Counted from the whole stretch's first letter, positions 37,116-50,769 are shown. The stretch is 63,950 nucleotides of DNA, filler included, from Vicugna vicugna (GCA_013265495.1; 75 parts of 75 records of this genome joined end to end with filler, not necessarily neighbours in it), one strand, 5' to 3'. The notes: generated by a model from the sequence alone, not told the origin. Translations and numbers: made by a program.

Positions 37116-39532
37116 NNNNNNNNNNNNNNNNNNNNNNNNNNNNNNNNNNNNNNNNNNNNTTAATTAATTAANNNNNNNNNNNNNNNNNNNNNNNNNNNNN
37201 NNNNNNNNNNNNNNNCTTTCTCTGCTCATATCTAGCTATCTGCCTGCTCTGACAGTACCAACATGTCCTGTATTTCTCATCCTAAATTGATGTGCTTACA
37301 TCACTCATTATTGAGAATCTTGCACAAGAACTTTCTGTAATAAACGGATACAGGTGTGTCTGTATGAATCTGAGTCCTCCCCCATCCTGCCAGTGTCATG
37401 CTGTCAATCTTTGACCTAGTCTGCGTCAATGACTTTGTCTTTTCTCACTCATGTGTATCTTTTTTTAAAAGCGTATACAGTGTGCTTACTCAGCCTTTGA
37501 AGATTAGGAATTATTTTCTTAAGTGAGCATTAATGAAAGGAGAATGCATATCATTCTTCATGATGGGTTGAAAATTGCTGACGGCAAATGTTGTTAATAA
37601 AGCCACATTAAGTAGAGAGAACAAATTTGGCAGTTAAGTGAATGATTTTTAATGGTAGGGAGGCCTTATTTTTTTTTAATGATTGGAGAAATTGACATTT
37701 ATCATACACAGACAGGTATTAGAAATAAACCCAAAGAGGGCAGTTTTTTTCTTTTTTTCTTTTTTCTTTACTTTCTTTTGTTTTTCTTNNNNNNNNNNNN
37801 NNNNNNNNNNNNNNNNNNNNNNNNNNNNNNNNTTAATTAATTAANNNNNNNNNNNNNNNNNNNNNNNNNNNNNNNNNNNNNNNNNNNNACAATGTGTGGG
37901 ACCTAACTTCTAGCAGGTGAAATAGGCTAGTCTTGAAAAGGGGCCCAAAGTAAGTGATTCAGAAGGTAGGTGAGGGTTTGGGGTAGTAAGTTATTCTAAG
38001 TTTTAATTTATAGAGATGGCAATGGAGTCAAATGATTGGTAGCTCATAAACTATTTCAGTTAAAAAANNNNNNNNNNNNNNNNNNNNNNNNNNNNNNNNN
38101 NNNNNNNNNNNNNNNNNNNNNNNNNNNNNNNNNNNNNNNNNNNNNNNNNNNNNNNNNNNNNNNNNNNNNNNNNNNNNNNNNNNNNNNNNNNNNNNNNNNN
38201 NNNNNNNCAATTAAATGAGACATAATATTTAACAATGTTCAAGAGTCTCTTAATACTTGTTTTTAAGTTTTAAAAAATCGCCTGGCTAGATCACTTTAAA
38301 GGACATATCAACTACTGACTAAACTATATTAAAATCTAATCCAGCATTTTATCCATAAATTAAGTTGATTAAAGATTATTCCAAAATAATCATGTATCTT
38401 TCTAAGTCTACAGAGCCATTTAGCATGACCAAACATGCAAGACAGATCTTAAACAATATCCTGTAAATTTCAGAAATCATCAATATATATATAGGAAGAT
38501 CATAGCATAGAAAACAAATTGGCGTGGGAGGCTGGATATCAAGTACATNNNNNNNNNNNNNNNNNNNNNNNNNNNNNNNNNNNNNNNNNNNNTTAATTAA
38601 TTAANNNNNNNNNNNNNNNNNNNNNNNNNNNNNNNNNNNNNNNNNNNNGCCATGCTGCTGCGTAAGTTGTTGTTTTTAACCCAGAATGTCTTTCCTGCCT
38701 TGTCTAACTGACACGCTCTTGTTTTCCATCTTTTAGGTGCCAATTCAAATGTCACTTCTTCAGTTAAACTTTCCCAGCATCTCCCAGGAAGTCATTTCCT
38801 CTTCCCTGTCCACCAGCATCTTAAGCAAACCTCTGATCCCATTGTGGTGTGTACATTGGTGTCCACATCGCCCATGTTGGTTTGAAGCCAGAGTTAGTCT
38901 CATTGGCCTCTCTAACTCTTTCTCCTTCTCCTTCTCCTGAATGATTTTACCTGAATTACAGAGTCTGGTTAAGAGTCACTGAAGAAGAGGTAGCTTAAAG
39001 AAACAGTCACAATATCTGGACATCACAGAAGATGGTCTATCAGGCTAATGAGAGCCCAGGAGCAACAAAAAGGGTCTACGGGAAATTCTGACTTAAACTT
39101 TCTTGAAGCCTGATTGGCAAACATTAACCCCAGTGCTGGTCCTGTGAGGAGCTGGGACCTGGCAGCCGAGTCCTCCAGTTCCTGTATCATTATCTAGGGT
39201 ACCAGCATCAGACAGAACCTATCAGGGCCACTCTCTCAAAACCTCTTGCTCTAAACTGATTACTGTGGGTTCAGAATTTGTCCTTCAGCTCCTATGCTTT
39301 TTAGGATGTGTAATCCACCAAGGCCTTGGACTTGGGCGTCCTTTTTTCAGGACCTCTGACTTGGTCAGTGCCCAACTTGACCCACACCCCTGTGTTCTCA
39401 GGATGGGAAGTAGAACAGGGAAGTCACTGTCCNNNNNNNNNNNNNNNNNNNNNNNNNNNNNNNNNNNNNNNNNNNNTTAATTAATTAANNNNNNNNNNNN
39501 NNNNNNNNNNNNNNNNNNNNNNNNNNNNNNNN

Positions 39533-40002
39533 CCGTATTCCGAACATGTTTCATGCAACATGGATTCCTTAAACATGAATTTCTGAGCTGTGGGCATGCG
39601 ATTGACTGATATTTCAAACATAACAGTGTACATTTGCACTTAGATATATTTACTTTGTCTTCATTACTTCTCCCTGTCACCAGTTTCAAGAATCGGACTT
39701 TGACCCCAGAAAAAACTTCTTGGAGCGAAATCTACCCTAGATATATGTGATTTGAATAGAGTCCATCAAAATGACATTCCGGTTTCCGTACATGCTACAT
39801 GCATGTCGGATTTGAAAAACATGAGTTTCTGAGATGTGAGCATGTGGATTACTGACCTTTCATCCACCAAACAAGGCATATATTCTCTTACAAATATTTA
39901 CTCTGTCTTCATAGGTTTTTTCTATCACCAGGTTCTAAAATCGGACATTTGAAGAGTAAACACTTTGCGCAAATTTTCACCAATACACATATAATTTACA
40001 TT
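39533..40002 (-). repeat. Satellite B, dimeric variant with chimeric monomer
   Basis: Lacks the GTTAGGGAAAGCTTGTGAAAATG segment; same diagnostics as 54349-54717. Confidence 0.88.
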
Positions 40003-40102
40003 NNNNNNNNNNNNNNNNNNNNNNNNNNNNNNNNNNNNNNNNNNNNTTAATTAATTAANNNNNNNNNNNNNNNNNNNNNNNNNNNNNNNNNNNNNNNNNN
40101 NN

Positions 40103-40260
40103 GATAAGAGGTTGGAACTTTCATCCCTACCCCTCAATCTCTGGTGAGAGAAGACAAAGCAGAGACGGACCACTAATGGCCAATGATTTAATCAATCCTG
40201 CCTATGTAATGAAACCTCAGTAAAATCCACTAACAATTGGGTTCAAGAAGTTTCCCGGGT
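40103..40260 (+). mobile_element. MER21-like LTR fragment
   Basis: GTTGGAACTTTCA..ATGGCCAATGATTTAATCAATC.TGCCTATGTAATGAAACCTC. Confidence 0.65.
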
Positions 40261-40261
40261 C

Positions 40262-40327
40262 GGGGGAGGGTGTAAATAGAGCTGTAGAGCACTTGCTTAG
40301 CAGGCACGAGGTCCTGGGTTCAACCCT
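40262..40327 (+). mobile_element. tRNA(Ala)-derived SINE head (Vic-1-like), truncated, followed by an antisense old L1 3' fragment to 40485
   Basis: GGGGGAGGGTGT..GTAGAGCACTTGCTTAGCAGGCACGAGGTCCTGGGTTCAA. Confidence 0.72.
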
Positions 40328-40789
40328 TGACAACCACTAATCCTCTTACTGTCTCTGTAGGTTTCCCTATTCTGGACTGCCACATGAATGCAATCATACA
40401 ACATGTGGCCATTAAGGTCGGCTTCTTTCACTTAGACTGCTTGTCAGGTCCATTCATTCAGAGTGCTGTGAAGCACTCTGTTCCTNNNNNNNNNNNNNNN
40501 NNNNNNNNNNNNNNNNNNNNNNNNNNNNNTTAATTAATTAANNNNNNNNNNNNNNNNNNNNNNNNNNNNNNNNNNNNNNNNNNNNTGACAGGTGCAGTTG
40601 TGAAGTTAAATCAGAGAGAGTCAAGCTGAAACAGACATTCTTACTTTCCTTTTGCTCACTGACAACCATTTCTCTGAGGACTTTTTACAAGTCAGTAACA
40701 GAGGGCAAACCCTCACTGCTCTGAAACTAAATCTCTAATATTTAATTTTAATATCCCCTACCGTATACTTCATCAACTAACAAAGGTCT

Positions 40790-41060
40790 TTTTTAAACAT
40801 TTCTTACTGATTTATAATCATTTTACAATGTTGTGTCAAATTCCAATGTAGAGCACAATTTTTCAGTTATACATGAACATATATACATTCATTGTCATAT
40901 TTTTTTCTCCATGGGCTACATAAGATCTTGTATATATTTCCCTGTGCTATACAGTATAATCTTGTTTATCTATTCTACAATTTTGAAATCCCAGTCTATC
41001 CCTTCCCACCTATTGCCACCTTGGCAAACACAAGTTTGTATTCTATGTCTATGAGTCTAT
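40790..41060 (-). mobile_element. L1 3' end
   Basis: TTTACAATGTTGTGTCAAATTCC..TTCAGTTATACAT..CCCTGTGCTATACAGTA. Confidence 0.85.
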
Positions 41061-41160
41061 NNNNNNNNNNNNNNNNNNNNNNNNNNNNNNNNNNNNNNNN
41101 NNNNTTAATTAATTAANNNNNNNNNNNNNNNNNNNNNNNNNNNNNNNNNNNNNNNNNNNN

Positions 41161-42014
41161 TGAAGAGAGATGCGTGGAGTTGTCACTCGAGGTCACCCAT
41201 GCACTGACAACGGTTCCGGAATACTGAGGATGTGGAGGTTCCACCAACGATCGGCAGGGCGTGGGTTCAAACGGAATGCCTAAGCTCGTCTCCCCTGAGG
41301 GTTTTCCTAATGTCTCTGTGCCAGGGAATGCTAGGGGTGGTTGCAGGATATCCCAGTGACCAAGGTTGCCTCCCCAAGNNNNNNNNNNNNNNNNNNNNNN
41401 NNNNNNNNNNNNNNNNNNNNNNNNNNNNNNNNNNNNNNNNNNNNNNNNNNNNNNNNNNNNNNNNNNNNNNNNNNNNNNNNNNNNNNNNNNNNNNNNNNNN
41501 NNNNNNNNNNNNNNNNNNNNNNNNNNNNNNNNNNNNNNNNNNNNNNNNNNNNNNNNNNNNNNNNNNNNNNNNNNNNNNNNNNNNNNNNNNNNNNNNNNNN
41601 NNNNNNNNNNNNNNNNNNNNNNNNNNNNNNNNNNNNNNNNNNNNNNNNNNNNNNNNNNNNNNNNNNNNNNNNNNNNNNNNNNNNNNNNNNNNNNNNNNNN
41701 NNNNNNNNNNNNNNNNNNNNNNNNNNNNNNNNNNNNNNNNNNNNNNNNNNNNNNNNNNNNNNNNNNNNNNNNNNNNGTGGGTTCTAACGGAATGCCTAAG
41801 CTCGTCTCCCTTGAGGGTTTTCCTAATATCTCTGTGCCAGGGAATGCTAGTGGTGATTGCAGGATATCCCAGTGTCCGAGGCTGCCTCCCCAATTTCAAG
41901 GAATGTATTTCTCGGACATCCAAGAACAGGGAACTCCTGTGATTTAAGAGAGCTGTGTGAAGTTGTCTATCGAGCTCCCCCACGCACTGACAACGATTCC
42001 GGAATCCTGAGCGT
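41161..42014 (-). repeat. Satellite A; gap 41379-41776
   Basis: ACGGAATGCCTAAGCTCGTCTCCC on both sides of the gap. Confidence 0.93.
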
Positions 42015-42114
42015 NNNNNNNNNNNNNNNNNNNNNNNNNNNNNNNNNNNNNNNNNNNNTTAATTAATTAANNNNNNNNNNNNNNNNNNNNNNNNNNNNNN
42101 NNNNNNNNNNNNNN

Positions 42115-42675
42115 TGACTTCGTATCTTCTTCCTTTCACCAGTTTCAAGAATCAAACTTGGATCCCTGAAAAACATTCTTGGAGCGAATTCTAACTTAGA
42201 GATATATAATTTGAATAAATTCCATCTACATGATATTCCGTGTTCTTTACATGCTTCATACATGACTGATTTGACAAATATGCATTCCTGAGTTGAATGT
42301 ATGTGGATTACTAATCTTTCATCCTCTATAAAAGGAATATTTTCATCTAGACACGTGTAAAAATTTCACAAGCTTTCCCTAAAACCAATTTCGAATCCGT
42401 GCTTTTTTCACAGAAAAATAGTTCTGGTTCTATTTCCACCTAACAGATATGTAATTTACATGAATTCCAACAACATGGCATTCCGGGTTCCGTACATGCT
42501 ACATATATGACGGATTTGGCAATCATGAGTTTCTGACTTGTGAGCATGTGGATTACTGACTTTTCATTCTCCAAATAAGGCGAATATAAACTTAGACGTA
42601 TTTACTCTGACTTCATAGTTATCTCCAAATAAGGCGAATATAAACTTAGACGTATTTACTCTGACTTCATAGTTT
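42115..42675 (-). repeat. Satellite B with terminal 54-bp exact duplication (42568-42675)
   Basis: Matches B. Confidence 0.92.
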
Positions 42676-42775
42676 NNNNNNNNNNNNNNNNNNNNNNNNN
42701 NNNNNNNNNNNNNNNNNNNTTAATTAATTAANNNNNNNNNNNNNNNNNNNNNNNNNNNNNNNNNNNNNNNNNNNN

Positions 42776-43587
42776 CCACGCGCTGCAGACCGTTGGTGGA
42801 ACCTCCCCACGCTTAGGATTACGGAAATATTGTTAGTGCGTGGGGAATCTCGAGAGACATCTCCATCCAGATCTCTTCATTCACAGGTGCTCCCTCTTTG
42901 GGGAATTCTGAATAATATCTTCCCTGAACTTGGGGAGGAAGCCTCTGTCACAGGGATATCCTGCAATCACCCCTAGCATTCCCTGGCACAGAGAAATTAG
43001 GAATACACTCAGGGGAGACGAGCTTAGGCATTCCGTTAGAACCCACGCGCTGCCGACCGTTGGTGGAACCTCCCCACGCTCAGGATTCTGGAACCATTGA
43101 TAGTGCGTGGGGGAGCTCGACAGACAACTCCACGCAACTCTCTTCAGTCACANNNNNNNNNNNNNNNNNNNNNNNNNNNNNNNNNNNNNNNNNNNNNNNN
43201 NNNNNNNNNNNNNNNNNNNNNNNNNNNNNNNNNNNNNNNNNNNNNNNNNNNNNNNNNNNNNNNNNNNNNNNNNNNNNNNNNNNNNNNNNNNNNNNNNNNN
43301 NNNNNNNNNNNNNNNNNNNNNNNNNNNNNNNNNNNNNNNNNNNNNNNNNNNNNNNNNNNNNNNNNNNNNNNNNNNNNNNNNNNNNNNNNNNNNNNNNNNN
43401 NNNNNNNNNNNNNNNNNNNNNNNNNNNNNNNNNNNNNNNNNNNNNNNNNNNNNNNNNNNNNNNNNNNNNNNNNNNNNNNNNNNNNNNNNNNNNNNNNNNN
43501 NNNNNNNNNNNNNNNNNNAGATATTAGGTCTCAGAGGAGACGAGATTAGGCATGCTGTTAGAACCCACGCGCTGCCGACCGTTGGTG
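42776..43587 (+). repeat. Satellite A; gap 43153-43518
   Basis: CCACGCGCTGC at 42776 and 43043 (267 bp). Confidence 0.93.
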
Positions 43588-43687
43588 NNNNNNNNNNNNN
43601 NNNNNNNNNNNNNNNNNNNNNNNNNNNNNNNTTAATTAATTAANNNNNNNNNNNNNNNNNNNNNNNNNNNNNNNNNNNNNNNNNNNN

Positions 43688-44588
43688 GTAAAACCGAGTT
43701 GGAACTTGTACATACCCATATATATGTATGGATTAGTGTTTGCCACTGAAAAGAAACTTTGTGTTCCCTTCAAGCTAGGTGAAGGACGGCTTTCACACAC
43801 ACTTATCTCTCAGAACTGAGCATGTGGAGAGACGTTCGTTCATCCAGCACAANNNNNNNNNNNNNNNNNNNNNNNNNNNNNNNNNNNNNNNNNNNNNNNN
43901 NNNNNNNNNNNNNNNNNNNNNNNNNNNNNNNNNNNNNNNNNNNNNNNNNNNNNNNNNNNNNNNNNNNNNNNNNNNNNNNNNNNNNNNNNNNNNNNNNNNN
44001 NNNNNNNNNNNNNNNNNNNNNNNNNNNNNNNNNNNNNNNNNNNNNNNNNNNNNNNNNNNNNNNNNNNNNNNNNNNNNNNNNNNNNNNNNNNNNNNNNNNN
44101 NNNNNNNNNNNNNNNNNNNNNNNNNNNNNNNNNNNNNNNNNNNNNNNNNNNNNNNNNNNNNNNNNNNNNNNNNNNNNNNNNNNNNNNNNNNNNNNNNNNN
44201 NNNNNNNNNNNNNNNNNNNNNNNNNNNNNNNNNNNNNNNNNNNNNNNNNNNNNNNNNNNNNNNNNNNNNNNNTAGGTGAAGGACGGCTTTCACACACACT
44301 TATCTCTCGGAACTGAGCATGTGGAGAGACGTTTGTTCATCCAGAACAAAGGGAACTGGATGCAGGAGAAACCATTACTCTAGTTTCTCAATTTATTTCC
44401 TAGTGCGGGTTTGAAGTGCCTGCCGCTTTCACTGTAAAAAAGAGTTGGAGCTTGTACTTCCCCATATATATGTATGGAGTGGATTTTGCAACTGAAAAGA
44501 AACTTTGTGTTCCCTTCAAGCTAGGTGAAGGACGGCTTTCACACACACTTTTCTCTCAGAACTGAGCATGTGGAGAGACGTTCGTTCA
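43688..44588 (-). repeat. Satellite C; gap 43853-44272
   Basis: TAGGTGAAGG at 43776, 44273 and 44522 (497, 249). Confidence 0.93.
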
Positions 44589-44688
44589 NNNNNNNNNNNN
44601 NNNNNNNNNNNNNNNNNNNNNNNNNNNNNNNNTTAATTAATTAANNNNNNNNNNNNNNNNNNNNNNNNNNNNNNNNNNNNNNNNNNNN

Positions 44689-45451
44689 CATCCAGCACAA
44701 AGGGAACGGGTTGCAGGAGAAGCACTTACTCTGAGTTCTGAGCCTTTTTCCTAGTTCCGGTTTGAAGTGCCTGCCGTTTTCACTGTAAAACCGAGTTGGG
44801 GCTTGTACCTCCCCATATATATGTATGGAGTGGAGTTTGCAACTGAAAAGAAACTTTGTGTTCCCTTCAAGCTAGGTGAAGGACGGCTTTCACACACACT
44901 TATCTCTNNNNNNNNNNNNNNNNNNNNNNNNNNNNNNNNNNNNNNNNNNNNNNNNNNNNNNNNNNNNNNNNNNNNNNNNNNNNNNNNNNNNNNNNNNNNN
45001 NNNNNNNNNNNNNNNNNNNNNNNNNNNNNNNNNNNNNNNNNNNNNNNNNNNNNNNNNNNNNNNNNNNNNNNNNNNNNNNNNNNNNNNNNNNNNNNNNNNN
45101 NNNNNNNNNNNNNNNNNNNNNNNNNNNNNNNNNNNNNNNNNNNNNNNNNNNNNNNNNNNNNNNNNNNNNNNNNNNNNNNNNNNNNNNNNNNNNNNNNNNN
45201 NNNNNNNNNNNNNNNNNNNNNNNNNNNNNNNNNNNNNNNNNNNNNNNNNNNNNNNNNNATTGCCTTCCGTTTTCACTGTAAAACCGGGTTCGGTCTTTTA
45301 CCTCCCCATATATATGTATGGAGTGGAGTTTGCAACTGAAAAGAAACTTTGTGTTCCCTTCAAGCTAGGTGAAGGACGGATTGCACACGTAATCTTCTCT
45401 TAGAAATGAGCTTTTGGAGAGACGTTCGTTCATCCAGCACAAAGGGAACGG
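44689..45451 (-). repeat. Satellite C; gap 44908-45258
   Basis: Same 249-bp unit. Confidence 0.93.
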
Positions 45452-45551
45452 NNNNNNNNNNNNNNNNNNNNNNNNNNNNNNNNNNNNNNNNNNNNTTAAT
45501 TAATTAANNNNNNNNNNNNNNNNNNNNNNNNNNNNNNNNNNNNNNNNNNNN

Positions 45552-46341
45552 GAAATACCTTCCCTGACATTGGGGAGGCAGCCTCTGTTCCTGGGATATT
45601 ATTCAAACACCCCTAACATTCCCTGGCACATAGAAGTTAGGAAAACACTCAGGGTAGTCGAGCTGAGGCATTCCGTTAGATTCCACGTTCTTCCGACATT
45701 TGGTGGAACCTCCCCACGCTCAGGATTCCGGAACCATTGTCAGGGCGTGGGGGAGATCGAGAGACAACTCCACGCAGCTCTCTTCATTCACAGGTGTTCC
45801 CTGTTCGTGGAAGTCCGAGAAATACCTTCCCTGCCCTTGGGGAGGNNNNNNNNNNNNNNNNNNNNNNNNNNNNNNNNNNNNNNNNNNNNNNNNNNNNNNN
45901 NNNNNNNNNNNNNNNNNNNNNNNNNNNNNNNNNNNNNNNNNNNNNNNNNNNNNNNNNNNNNNNNNNNNNNNNNNNNNNNNNNNNNNNNNNNNNNNNNNNN
46001 NNNNNNNNNNNNNNNNNNNNNNNNNNNNNNNNNNNNNNNNNNNNNNNNNNNNNNNNNNNNNNNNNNNNNNNNNNNNNNNNNNNNNNNNNNNNNNNNNNNN
46101 NNNNNNNACTGGGATATCCTGCAAACACCCCTAACAGTCCCTGGCACATAGACATTAGGAAAATCATCAGGGAAGTCGAGCTTAGGCATTCCGTTAAATT
46201 CTACGTGCTTCCGACCGTTGGTGGAACCTCCCCACGCTCAGGATTCCGGAACCTTTGTCAGTGCGTGGGGGACCTCGTGAGAAAACTTCACGCAGATCAG
46301 TTCAGTCACAGGTGTTCCCTGTTCGGGGAAGTCCGAGAAAT
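45552..46341 (+). repeat. Satellite A; gap 45846-46107
   Basis: GAAATACCTTCCCTG at 45552 and 45819. Confidence 0.93.
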
Positions 46342-46441
46342 NNNNNNNNNNNNNNNNNNNNNNNNNNNNNNNNNNNNNNNNNNNNTTAATTAATTAANNN
46401 NNNNNNNNNNNNNNNNNNNNNNNNNNNNNNNNNNNNNNNNN

Positions 46442-47416
46442 GCAACTGAATAGAAACTTTGTGTTCCCTTCAAGTTACGTGATGGAAGGCTTTTAAACAC
46501 ACATATCTCTCAGAACTCAGCATGTGTAGAGACGTTCTTTCACCCAGCACAAAGGGAACGGGTTGCAGGAGAAACCCTTACTCTGGTTTCTCAAACTTTT
46601 TTTTAGTGCCGGTTTGAAGTTCCTGCAGTTTACAGTGTAAAACCGTGTTGGAGCTTGTACCTCCCCATATATATGTATGGTGTGGAGTTTGCAACTGAAA
46701 AGACACTTTGTGCTCCCTTCAAGGTAGGCGAAGGACGGCTTTCACACACAATTATCTCTCAGAACTGAGCATGTGGAGAGACGTTCGTTCATCCAGCACA
46801 AAGGGAACGGGTTGCAGGAGAAACACTTACTCTGGTTTCTCAGTCNNNNNNNNNNNNNNNNNNNNNNNNNNNNNNNNNNNNNNNNNNNNNNNNNNNNNNN
46901 NNNNNNNNNNNNNNNNNNNNNNNNNNNNNNNNNNNNNNNNNNNNNNNNNNNNNNNNNNNNNNNNNNNNNNNNNNNNNNNNNNNNNNNNNNNNNNNNNNNN
47001 NNNNNNNNNNNNNNNNNNNNNNNNNNNNNNNNNNNNNNNNNNNNNNNNNNNNNNNNNNNNNNNNNNNNNNNNNNNNNNNNNNNNNNNNNNNNNNNNNNNN
47101 NNNNNNNNNNNNNNNNNNNNNNNNNNNACTGTAAAACCGATTTGGAGCTTGTACCTCCCCATATATATGTATGCAGTGGACTTTGCATGTGTCAAGAAAC
47201 TTTGTGTTCCCTTCAAGTTAGGTGAAGGACGGCTTTGACACACACTTATCTCTCAGAACTGTGCATGTGGAGAGACGTTCCTTCATCCAGCACAAATGGA
47301 ACGGGTTGAAGGAGAAACACTTACTCTGTATTCTCACTCTGTTTCCTAGTGCCGGTTGGAAGTTCCTTAATTTTGCACTGTAAAACCGGGTTGCAGCTTG
47401 TACCTCCCCATATATA
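46442..47416 (-). repeat. Satellite C; gap 46846-47127
   Basis: GCAACTGAA at 46442 and 46691. Confidence 0.93.
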
Positions 47417-47516
47417 NNNNNNNNNNNNNNNNNNNNNNNNNNNNNNNNNNNNNNNNNNNNTTAATTAATTAANNNNNNNNNNNNNNNNNNNNNNNNNNNN
47501 NNNNNNNNNNNNNNNN

Positions 47517-48200
47517 ACCAGTTTCGAATTCATGCATTTTTCACAGAAAAATTCTTCTTCAACGATTTCCACGTAACAGATATGTAATTTAAATGAATTC
47601 CATCAACATGGCATTCCAGGTTCCGTACATGTTACATGCATGACGGATTCGGCAATCATACGTTTTTGACTTGAGAGCATGTGGATTACTGAACTTTCAT
47701 CCACCAAACAAGGCGTATATACACTTAGAAATATTTAGTCTGACTTCATAGGTTTTTCCTATCACCAGTTTCTAAAATCGGACTTTTGGCACCAGAAAAA
47801 ACTCTTTGAACGAATACACATGTAATTTACATTGTTTACATAACCATGGCATTCCGTATTACGAACATGTTTCATGCACCACAGATTCCTCAAACATGTA
47901 TTTCTGATTTGTGAACATGTGCATGACTGATGTTTCAACCACCAAACAAGTTACATATGCACTCTGAAATAGTTATTTGACTTTGTAGCTTCTTCCTATG
48001 AACAGTATCAAGAATCACACTTTGTTCCCAGAAAAACCCTCTTGGAGCCATACTACCCTGGAGATATGTAATTTTAATAGATTCCATCTACATGATATTC
48101 CGTGTTTCGTACATGCTACATACATGACGGATTCGATAAAAATGCATTCCTGAGAGGAGGGCATGTGGATTATTAATCTTTCATCCTCTATAAAAGGAAT
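47517..48200 (-). repeat. Satellite B
   Basis: Matches the B trimer. Confidence 0.92.
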
Positions 48201-48300
48201 NNNNNNNNNNNNNNNNNNNNNNNNNNNNNNNNNNNNNNNNNNNNTTAATTAATTAANNNNNNNNNNNNNNNNNNNNNNNNNNNNNNNNNNNNNNNNNNNN

Positions 48301-49873
48301 TGCTCATGACTGATGTTTCAATCATTAGAATTTACCTATGCACTTAAGTATATATAGTTTGTCTTCGTAGTTTTTCCTATCACCAGGTTCAAGAATCACA
48401 CTTTGATCCCAGAAAAACCCTCTTGGAGCGAATTCTACCTTAGAGATATGTAATTTGAATAGATTCTATCTACATGATATTCCGTGTTCCGTACATAATT
48501 CATGCACGACGGATTCGAAAATCATGCATTCCTGAGGTGAGTGCATGTGGATAACTGATGTTTCATCCTGTATAAAAGGAAAATTTTCTTCTAGACACGT
48601 GTACAGATTTTCACAAGCTTTCCCTAACACCAGTTTAGAATTCGTGCATTTTTCACAGAAANNNNNNNNNNNNNNNNNNNNNNNNNNNNNNNNNNNNNNN
48701 NNNNNNNNNNNNNNNNNNNNNNNNNNNNNNNNNNNNNNNNNNNNNNNNNNNNNNNNNNNNNNNNNNNNNNNNNNNNNNNNNNNNNNNNNNNNNNNNNNNN
48801 NNNNNNNNNNNNNNNNNNNNNNNNNNNNNNNNNNNNNNNNNNNNNNNNNNNNNNNNNNNNNNNNNNNNNNNNNNNNNNNNNNNNNNNNNNNNNNNNNNNN
48901 NNNNNNNNNNNNNNNNNNNNNNNNNNNNNNNNNNNNNNNNNNNNNNNNNNNNNNNNNNNNNNNNNNNNNNNNNNNNNNNNNNNNNNNNNNNNNNNNNNNN
49001 NNNNNNNNNNNNNNNNNNNNNNNNNNNNNNNNNNNNNNNNNNNNNNNNNNNNNNNNNNNNNNNNNNNNNNNNNNNNNNNNNNNNNNNNNNNNNNNNNNNN
49101 NNNNNNNNNNNNNNNNNNNNNNNNNNNNNNNNNNNNNNNNNNNNNNNNNNNNNNNNNNNNNNNNNNNNNNNNNNNNNNNNNNNNNNNNNNNNNNNNNNNN
49201 NNNNNNNNNNNNNNNNNNNNNNNNNNNNNNNNNNNNNNNNNNNNNNNNNNNNNNNNNNNNNNNNNNNNNNNNNNNNNNNNNNNNNNNNNNNNNNNNNNNN
49301 NNNNNNNNNNNNNNNNNNNNNNNNNNNNNNNNNNNNNNNNNNNNNNNNNNNNNNNNNNNNNNNNNNNNNNNNNNNNNNNNNNNNNNNNNNNNNNNNNNNN
49401 NNNNNNNNNNNNNNNNNNNNNNNNNNNNNNNNNNNNNNNNNNNNNNNNNNNNNNNNNNNNNNNNNNNNNNNNNNNNNNNNNNNNNNNNNNNNNNNNNNNN
49501 NNNNNNNNNNNNNNNNNNNNNNNNNNNNNNNNNNNNNNNNNNNNNNNNNNNNNNNNNNNNNNNNNNNNNNNNNNNNNNNNNNNNNNNNNNNNNNNNNNNN
49601 TGACTTCATAAGTTTTTTGTATCACCAGGTTCTAAAATCGGACATTTGGCACTAGAAAAGCCTCTTTGAGCGAATTCTCACCAATACACATGTAATTTAC
49701 ATTGTTTACATAACCATGGCATTTCATATTCCGAACATGTTTCATGCAATACCGATTTCTCAATCATTCATTTCTGAGCAGTGAACATGCGCATGACTGT
49801 GTTTCAGTCATTACAATTTACCTATGCGCTTGAATATATATACTTTGTCTTCGTAGCTTCTTCATATCACCAG
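48301..49873 (-). repeat. Satellite B; gap 48662-49600
   Basis: TCATTA.AATTTACCTATGC at 48322 and 49808 (1486, about two trimers). Confidence 0.92.
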
Positions 49874-49973
49874 NNNNNNNNNNNNNNNNNNNNNNNNNNN
49901 NNNNNNNNNNNNNNNNNTTAATTAATTAANNNNNNNNNNNNNNNNNNNNNNNNNNNNNNNNNNNNNNNNNNNN

Positions 49974-50230
49974 AGAAAGAGACTCACAGACATAGAGAAC
50001 AAACTTATGGTTACCGGTAGGGAAAGAGGGTGGGAAAGGATAAACTGGGAATTCAAAAATTACACCTCTTGGGGAGTGATGGTAACATTAACTATCTTGA
50101 TTGTAGTAATGATCTCATTGGTGTGTACATCTACCAAAATTCATCAAATTGTACATTTGAAATATGTGTAGTTTACCATACAGGAACCATACCACAATAA
50201 AGATGTTAAAAAATAAAAATAAAAATAAGA
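49974..50230 (+). mobile_element. L1 3'UTR fragments (younger piece 49974-50060 abutting an older L1ME-like 3' end)
   Basis: GACTCACAGACATAGAGAACAAACTTATGGTTACC; TATCTTGATTGT..AAATTCATCAAATTGTACA..AATAAA + A-rich tail. Confidence 0.8.
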
Positions 50231-50769
50231 TTTTTACGTGTGGATTTTTCTGGACATTGTTTTCTGAGTCTGTGACCAACCATGGTTAAGAATCCCTGGA
50301 CTCAGTGATTTAGAAACTCTTATCATCCAATTTGAAGTAATTCTTTGGCTGTTTCTAAGAATTTTATGCATCTAATCTAACTGNNNNNNNNNNNNNNNNN
50401 NNNNNNNNNNNNNNNNNNNNNNNNNNNNNNNNNNNNNNNNNNNNNNNNNNNNNNNNNNNNNNNNNNNNNNNNNNNNNNNNNNNNNNNNNNNNNNNNNNNN
50501 NNNNNNNNNNNNNNNNNNNNNNNNNNNNNNNNNNNNNNNNAGGTAGAAGCTATCTGAGTTTTTGCAACAAAGACCAGGTAGTCAGAACATCAAAAGGTTA
50601 CTTTTTCCTTTTTTAATTGAGGTATAGTCAGTTTACAATTTTGCATCAATTTCTGGTGTAGTGTACAGCNNNNNNNNNNNNNNNNNNNNNNNNNNNNNNN
50701 NNNNNNNNNNNNNTTAATTAATTAANNNNNNNNNNNNNNNNNNNNNNNNNNNNNNNNNNNNNNNNNNNN

